Positions 56,771-64,000 of a stretch of 64,000 nucleotides of DNA are shown piece after piece (the first letter of the stretch is position 1; each line of letters starts with the position of its first letter). The translations under genes and the position numbers were made by a program. Where the stretch lies: positions 3,712,001 through 3,776,000 of the forward strand of contig CBDDPY010000002.1 of the NCBI GenBank assembly GCA_965232515.1, written 5' to 3'. The notes under the pieces are model-generated. The model did not search any database. It was not told where the DNA came from and was given only the letters and a program-made list of their open reading frames with translations. The DNA comes from Alphaproteobacteria bacterium. GTDB lineage: Bacteria > Pseudomonadota > Alphaproteobacteria > GCA-2731375.

Positions 56771-58057
56771 TCAGCCGTGCTGGCCGCCGACGTTGCCGCG
56801 GAAGTTCGACTCCGCGAAGGCCCGGACCTCGGCGCGAGCGACGACGTGGTGGTGCACCTCGTCCGGCCCGTCGGCCAGGCGCAGGACACGCTGCCGGGTG
56901 TACATGTTCGACAACGGCGACCATTGCGAGACGCCGGTGGCGCCGTGCACCTGCATGGCCTGGTCGATGATCTGACCGGCCTTCTCGGGCACCATGGCCT
57001 TGACCATGCTGACCCAGATGCGGGCCTCCTTGTTGCCCAGCACGTCCATGGCCTTGGCCGCCTTCAGCACCATCAGGCGCATGGCCTCGATCTCGATTCG
57101 AGCGCGTGAGACCAGCTCCATGTTCTTGCCGAGATCGATGATCTTCTTGCCGAACGCCTCGCGCGTGGTCGCGCGCTGCAGCAGCAGGTCGAGCGCTTTC
57201 TCGGCCTGACCGATCGAGCGCATGCAGTGATGGATCCGGCCGGGGCCGAGGCGCACCTGGCTGATCTCGAAACCGCGGCCCTCGCCCCAGAGGATGTTCT
57301 CCTTCGGCACCCGCACGTTTTCGAGCTTGATGTGCATATGGCCGTGCGGGGCGTCGTCGTGGCCGAACACGCACATCGGCCCGACGATATTGACGCCGGG
57401 CGTGTCCAACGGCACTAGGATCTGCGACTGCTGCCGGAACTTCTCGGCCTCCGGGCTGGTCTTGACCATGCAGATCATGATCTTGCAGCGCGGGTCGCCG
57501 GCCCCGGAGATGTAGTATTTCTCGCCGTTGATGACCCACTCGTCGCCTTCCAGCACCGCGGTGGTCGCGATGTTCTTGGCGTCGGACGAGGCCACGTCCG
57601 GCTCCGTCATGCCGAAACAGGAGCGGATCTCGCCGGCCAGCAGCGGCTTCAGCCACTGCTCCTTTTGCTCGGGCGTGCCGACGCGCTCCAGCACCTCCAT
57701 GTTGCCGGTATCGGGCGCCGAGCAGTTCAGCGTCTCGGACGCCAGCGGGTTCTTGCCGAGCTCGGCCGCGATATAGGCATAGTCGAGGTTGGGCAGGCCC
57801 TCGCCGGTCTCAGCGTTGGGCAGGAAGAAGTTCCAGAGGCCGGCTTCGCGGGCCTTCTTCTTCGCGCCCTCCAGCAGCTCCAATTGGCCGGGCGCGTAGC
57901 TCCAACGGTCCGTGCGGTCTTCGCCCAGCTTGTAGTATTCCTCGGTGATCGGATCGACGTCCTCGACGATATGCCGGATCACCGCATCCAGCAGCGGCTT
58001 GGTCTTCTCCGACATCCGGAGATCGTTGAGTTCGCTGTCGACGGCTTCCTGCCGCAT
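56771..58057 (-). CDS. Acyl-CoA dehydrogenase (ACAD10/11-like)
   Basis: NCSAPDTGNME, MTEPDVASSDA, RLGPGRIHHCMR and RLADGPDEVH. Confidence 0.93.
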   Translation of the reverse strand: MRQEAVDSELNDLRMSEKTKPLLDAVIRHIVEDVDPITEEYYKLGEDRTDRWSYAPGQLELLEGAKKKAREAGLWNFFLPNAETGEGLPNLDYAYIAAELGKNPLASETLNCSAPDTGNMEVLERVGTPEQKEQWLKPLLAGEIRSCFGMTEPDVASSDAKNIATTAVLEGDEWVINGEKYYISGAGDPRCKIMICMVKTSPEAEKFRQQSQILVPLDTPGVNIVGPMCVFGHDDAPHGHMHIKLENVRVPKENILWGEGRGFEISQVRLGPGRIHHCMRSIGQAEKALDLLLQRATTREAFGKKIIDLGKNMELVSRARIEIEAMRLMVLKAAKAMDVLGNKEARIWVSMVKAMVPEKAGQIIDQAMQVHGATGVSQWSPLSNMYTRQRVLRLADGPDEVHHHVVARAEVRAFAESNFRGNVGGQHG

Positions 58058-58078
58058 GGGTGGTACCTCCTCGGTTCG

Positions 58079-58852
58079 TTAGGTCGCGATGATGAAGCGG
58101 GTGCCGCAGACGGTGATCTGCCCATCGGCGGTCCGGCAATGATGTGTCTCGGCCTGGGCCAGCAGCCGGTCGGGATCGGTCGCGCGGACCACGAGGCCGC
58201 CAAGGCCTGGCCCGCGTCCGTCGGTCGCTTCGACAAACGTCAGGTCCGCGTTCGCCAGGCGGACCGTCGGCATGCCGTTGCGCAGTTCGGCCGGACTGTC
58301 GGCAACCCGGCCCCAGTGTTCGGCGAGCGCGACCGGGTCCGGCCCCTGCAACTCGACGCCGGTGATGGCGTCGACCACGTCGGTCGCCACAGCTTCAGTC
58401 CAGCCGGATCCGCCGGCCGGCTCCCAATGTCCCGTCAGCTCGGCCTGATCGTCCCAGTCGACCTCGAAGAAGGCCGCGCCCATGTCGCGGGGATGGAGTT
58501 GCATCAGGCGATAGCTGCCGCGATCCGCCTCCCAGGCAACGCGCACGCCAATGTCGGCGGCGCGTTGCCGGCAGGCGTCTTGCTCGGCCGGCGTCGGCAC
58601 CTGGCAGATCACCATATAGCCGCCGTCGCCGCCGCGCCGCGCCAGATAACGGCCGGCCGCCGTATCGTCTTGGATCGGCGCGACGACCTCGAGGAACTGC
58701 GTGCCGACCGGCAGCAGCACGTTCTCCAGCCCGAACTTGGCCACACCGTCGTCGACGAAGCAGGGATTGATCGAAAAGACGTCCATCAACTGCTGGCGCA
58801 CTGGGGAGAGCTCGGCCGCGACCAGGCAGATCTGCCTCAAGTAGATCGCCAT
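58079..58852 (-). CDS. VOC/glyoxalase-like protein
   Basis: LRQICLVA, FGLEN, FLEVVAP and QLHPRD pattern. Confidence 0.7.
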   Translation of the reverse strand: MAIYLRQICLVAAELSPVRQQLMDVFSINPCFVDDGVAKFGLENVLLPVGTQFLEVVAPIQDDTAAGRYLARRGGDGGYMVICQVPTPAEQDACRQRAADIGVRVAWEADRGSYRLMQLHPRDMGAAFFEVDWDDQAELTGHWEPAGGSGWTEAVATDVVDAITGVELQGPDPVALAEHWGRVADSPAELRNGMPTVRLANADLTFVEATDGRGPGLGGLVVRATDPDRLLAQAETHHCRTADGQITVCGTRFIIAT

Positions 58853-58863
58853 ATCAGACCGCC

Positions 58864-59643
58864 CTAGCGGTTCTTCCACTGCGGCGGGCGCTTCTCGACG
58901 AAGGCGTTGACGCCTTCCGAGAAGTCCTCGGTCTTGCGCAGGTCCGCCAGCACCGGGCCGCTGATGGCGAGACCGTCCGCCACGTGCTCGAGCTCGTCGA
59001 GCTTGGCCAGCACCCGCATCGTCGCCTTGACGGACGACGGCGAGTTGCCGGCGATCTCGCGCGCCTTCGCCATGGCGGTCTCCATCAGCTCGGCCGCCGG
59101 CACCACCTGGTTGGCGATGCCCAGTTCCTTTGCCTCGCTCGCGCCGACATGCCGGCCGGACAGCATCAGCTCGATCGCGGCCTTGCGGCCGATCTGCCGG
59201 CTCAGGCGCTGCACGCCGCCGGCGCCGGCGAAGAAGCCGACCTTGACCTCCGGCAGCGCGAAGGTGGCCGTGTCGGCGGCGATGATGATGTCACAGGCGA
59301 GCGCCGTCTCCATGCCGCCGCCCATGGCGAAGCCGTTGACCGCGGCAATGATCGGCTTCTCCCGGTCGAGCCGGTTGGCGAGCCCGGCAAAACCGCTCGC
59401 CGGCGGCTGCATGGTGCCGCCCGAGGCTGTGTATTTCAGGTCGTTGCCGGCCGAGAACGCCTTGTCGCCGGCGCCGGTCAGCACCGCCACCCACAGGTCC
59501 TGGTCGGCGGCGAAATCGTTCCAGATCTGGTCCAGCTCGTGATGCATCGGCGGATGCATGGCGTTGTAGACCTTGGGCCGGTTCAGCGTGACCTTGAGAA
59601 TATTGCCTTCGCGCTCGGTCTCGACGAATTCGTAACTCGACAT
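58864..59643 (-). CDS. Enoyl-CoA hydratase/crotonase family (CaiD-like)
   Basis: LNRP..YNA, AFSAGNDL, GGGME and LPEVKVG. Confidence 0.92.
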   Translation of the reverse strand: MSSYEFVETEREGNILKVTLNRPKVYNAMHPPMHHELDQIWNDFAADQDLWVAVLTGAGDKAFSAGNDLKYTASGGTMQPPASGFAGLANRLDREKPIIAAVNGFAMGGGMETALACDIIIAADTATFALPEVKVGFFAGAGGVQRLSRQIGRKAAIELMLSGRHVGASEAKELGIANQVVPAAELMETAMAKAREIAGNSPSSVKATMRVLAKLDELEHVADGLAISGPVLADLRKTEDFSEGVNAFVEKRPPQWKNR

Positions 59644-59676
59644 CGTGTCTCTCCCACTCCTTGAAATCTTGTCTGC

Positions 59677-60984
59677 CTAGGCCGTGCCGGTCCGGAGGCC
59701 GCCCTTGTCGATATCGACGAAGCGGCCGCCGCTCGCGGCCAGCTCCTTCAGCGTCTCGGCCGGTGTGACGCGGTCGTCCTCGGCGGCAAGCGCATTGATC
59801 TTGGCCAGCACCGCCGGCGGGCCGACCATATCGCCATAGAACATCGGGCCGCCTTTGTCCGCCGGCCAGCCATAGCCGTTCAGCCAAACGACGTCGACGT
59901 CGGACGGCCGCTGCGCTTTGCCTTCCTCCAGGATCTTCACGCTCTCGTTGATCATCGGGTAGATGCAGGCCTCGATGATCTCCTGCTCGGATACCTTCGC
60001 GCCATCCGCGACGCCGGTAATCTCGCGGATGATGCCGGCGGTCACCTCCGACGGGCTCGGCTTGCGGTTCTCGTCGTAATCGTAGTAGCCGGCGCCGGTC
60101 TTCTGGCCGCGACGGTCGATCTCGCACAACGCGTCGCGGATCGGATTCTGGGTCGTTGCCCCCTTGGACCAGCCGATGTCCAGGCCCGCCAGGTCCGACA
60201 TCTGGAACGGGCCCATCCGAAACCCGAAGGCGTTGATGGCGGCGTCGATATCCCACGGCATCACGCCCTGATAGACCAGCCGCAGGGCCTGCATCTGCCG
60301 CTGATAAAGAATGCGGTTGCCGACAAAGCCGGGGCAGACGCCGACCAGCACGGCGATCTTGTTGATGGTCTTGGCCATGTCCATGCACGTCGCCACCACG
60401 TCGTCGGCCGTGTGGTCGGCGCGCACGATCTCCAGCAGCTTCATGACGTTGGCGGGCGAGAAGAAATGCAGGCCGATCACGTCCTGCGGCCGCTTGGTCG
60501 ACGCCGCGATCTCGTCGATGTTCAGACCTGAGGTATTGGTGGCGAGGATCGCGCCGGGCTTGGCGATGCCGTCCAGCTCGGCGAAGACCTTCTTCTTCAG
60601 GTCCATGTTTTCGAACACCGCCTCGATGATCAGGTCGCAATCGGCCAGCGCCGACATCGAGAGCTCGCCCGTCACCCGGCCCATGCGCAGATCGACCTCC
60701 TCGACCGGGAACCGGCCCCTGTCGGCGCTGCGTTGATAGTTGCCGCGCATGACCTTGAGCCCGCGGTCCAGCGCTTCCTGCGCCGTCTCGACGATGGTCA
60801 CCGGGATTCCGGCGGTCAGGAAGTTCATCGAAATTCCGCCGCCCATGGTACCTGCGCCGATCACGCCGACGGTGGCGACCGGACGGCGCGGCGTGTTCTC
60901 GGGCAGCCCCGGGATCACCCAAGCCTGTCGGCCGGCCTCGGCAATATAATCCGCAGTTTCCTGTTGCGTCGGCGTGGCGGTCAT
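59677..60984 (-). CDS. 3-hydroxyacyl-CoA dehydrogenase, resembling the C-terminal part of a multifunctional beta-oxidation enzyme
   Basis: GAGTMGGGI, IIEAVFE, ATNTS, GLHFFSPA and GFVGNR, with two C-terminal HADH domains. Confidence 0.9.
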   Translation of the reverse strand: MTATPTQQETADYIAEAGRQAWVIPGLPENTPRRPVATVGVIGAGTMGGGISMNFLTAGIPVTIVETAQEALDRGLKVMRGNYQRSADRGRFPVEEVDLRMGRVTGELSMSALADCDLIIEAVFENMDLKKKVFAELDGIAKPGAILATNTSGLNIDEIAASTKRPQDVIGLHFFSPANVMKLLEIVRADHTADDVVATCMDMAKTINKIAVLVGVCPGFVGNRILYQRQMQALRLVYQGVMPWDIDAAINAFGFRMGPFQMSDLAGLDIGWSKGATTQNPIRDALCEIDRRGQKTGAGYYDYDENRKPSPSEVTAGIIREITGVADGAKVSEQEIIEACIYPMINESVKILEEGKAQRPSDVDVVWLNGYGWPADKGGPMFYGDMVGPPAVLAKINALAAEDDRVTPAETLKELAASGGRFVDIDKGGLRTGTA

Positions 60985-60997
60985 GTCTCGGGCTCCT

Positions 60998-62710
<1,713 letters not shown>

Positions 62711-62868
62711 GCCACTCGCCCCGACGAACCCCAACGCGTCAATCCAACCGCGCCGTCAGGCCATTATGGCATGACAACCGCGGTCGGAGTCCGGCTGCCG
62801 ACGTCGATCTCAGCAATGTCACCGGTCCGCCGGGCCCAAGGAGCGGCACGCGCATCGATACCTGGTTG

Positions 62869-63636
62869 TTATGTGAAATTGATCTCGACGGCGCCGAAGG
62901 CGCCGAACTCCGCGCGGGCGTTGTCGCCCAGTCTGACCGGGTCAAGACCGGTGCAGGTTCCGGTCGAGACGCACATGCCCCGCGTCAGGCCGCGGCCGCG
63001 TTTCGACTGCTGGTTGGCGAGCCAGACCATCACGTTGATCGGGTCGCCGAGCGCGCGGGCGCCGTCGCCTTCGCCCGCCGGCCCGCCATTGATCGCCATC
63101 GCGACCCGATGCGCCGTCAGGTCCATGCCTTGCGGACATGCCGACCACGCGCCGACCACGAGGGCTATATTAGCGCCGCTGTCGGCCGTGACGAGATAGC
63201 GCCCCTTGCCGGTGAGGCCGCCGGCGATGCGCGTGCCCACGACCTCGATCGCGCCGGCGACGGCGTCGATCGCCTCGACGACCTCGGCGCGGCCATAGGC
63301 CGCCTCGCGCGCCGGCAGGTCGCGGCCCAGCCGGAACGCGAACTCACCCTCGACCGCCGGCGTCTGGGCCAGCGCGATGGCAATGCGGGCGGGACTTTCG
63401 TACAGGTACGGCGCTGGTACCGGGCAGGAGCCGGGTTCCGAGGTGCCGAGCACGCGCTGTGCCTCCTTGCTGGTGGAGCCGACCTTGAAGGCGCGGATCG
63501 GATGCCCCAGCAGGCGGACGACTTCGTCCTGGATGGCATAGGCGTCCGGCATGGTCGTCGGCGCGACGACATCCTCGTTGGCAACCACGTCGCCGTTCTC
63601 GCGCGCCGTCGAGAGACGTCTCGCCAGGTCACTCAA
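62869..63636 (-). CDS. 2-keto-4-pentenoate hydratase-like (FAH superfamily) protein
   Basis: AYAIQ, FKVGSTS, VEGEFAF, AIEVV, ALGDP..WLAN and STGTC. TTG start inferred. Confidence 0.82.
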   Translation of the reverse strand: MSDLARRLSTARENGDVVANEDVVAPTTMPDAYAIQDEVVRLLGHPIRAFKVGSTSKEAQRVLGTSEPGSCPVPAPYLYESPARIAIALAQTPAVEGEFAFRLGRDLPAREAAYGRAEVVEAIDAVAGAIEVVGTRIAGGLTGKGRYLVTADSGANIALVVGAWSACPQGMDLTAHRVAMAINGGPAGEGDGARALGDPINVMVWLANQQSKRGRGLTRGMCVSTGTCTGLDPVRLGDNARAEFGAFGAVEINFT

Positions 63637-63673
63637 TGTCCGACCGCCCTTCGCGGTGGCGTCAATACACTGC

Positions 63674-64000
63674 TCAAACGGCCAATGGCGGGCTCGTCGG
63701 CCAGTCGGCGTCCTGTTGATAGACCATGCCGGCCTGGAACAGCCGCGCCTCGCCCAGATGTCGTCCGACGAGTTGGAAGCCAACGGGGGCACCCGACGCA
63801 TCGAGGCCACCCGGCAGAATAAGCGCCGGACTGCCGGTCAGATCCTGCGGGCTGGTGTAGGTCACAAGACGGGTGAGGCCGTCCGGCTCTTCGCACAGCG
63901 CCAGGAAGTCTGCGGTGCTGGGGACCGGCGACCACATGATCGGCGCAACGAAGACATCGACCGGCTCGAGCATGGCGGCGAAGGCGCCGGCGAACTCGCG
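63674..64000 (-). CDS. Amidase signature family protein, C-terminal part; truncated by the window edge
   Basis: YTSPQDLTGSPALILPGG...PVGFQLVGRHLGEARL is typical of amidase C-termini. Confidence 0.8.
   Translation of the reverse strand, partial: REFAGAFAAMLEPVDVFVAPIMWSPVPSTADFLALCEEPDGLTRLVTYTSPQDLTGSPALILPGGLDASGAPVGFQLVGRHLGEARLFQAGMVYQQDADWPTSPPLAV

Overview
High-GC window, probably chromosomal and alphaproteobacterial (protein style suggests Rhodospirillales or similar; this is inference). It is gene-dense, with no rRNA, tRNA, CRISPR array or mobile element seen. From left to right: M17 aminopeptidase, GST, TAXI binding protein, a PaaI pair, a DHDPS-family enzyme, an IorAB-type molybdoenzyme with TetR; a heme-uptake locus (hmuP-hmuR-hmuTUV plus an IsdG-type oxygenase); a MarR-controlled peptide-type ABC importer with an uncharacterised amidohydrolase/oxidoreductase operon; a DUF3604 hydrolase with a tripartite tricarboxylate transporter; a pH/ion homeostasis module; a GntR-controlled oxidative sugar/sugar-acid pathway; acyl-CoA catabolic genes. 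The best candidate for an undescribed system is 32570-42561. It holds a stand-alone pair of ATP synthase Fo subunits a and c with no b, delta or F1 genes nearby. Subunit c has a GxAxAxG motif in place of GxGxGxG, and the atpB leader folds over its own ribosome-binding site and start codon. The pair lies next to an OxyR-like LysR lacking the peroxide-sensing Cys, a tandem universal stress protein, two small proteins and a full seven-gene Mrp cation/H+ antiporter. This suggests an inducible swap-in Fo module for alkaline or saline stress. A second observation is that CAGCCAGCC repeats in the hmuP-hmuR leader are complementary to the hmuR start codon region.
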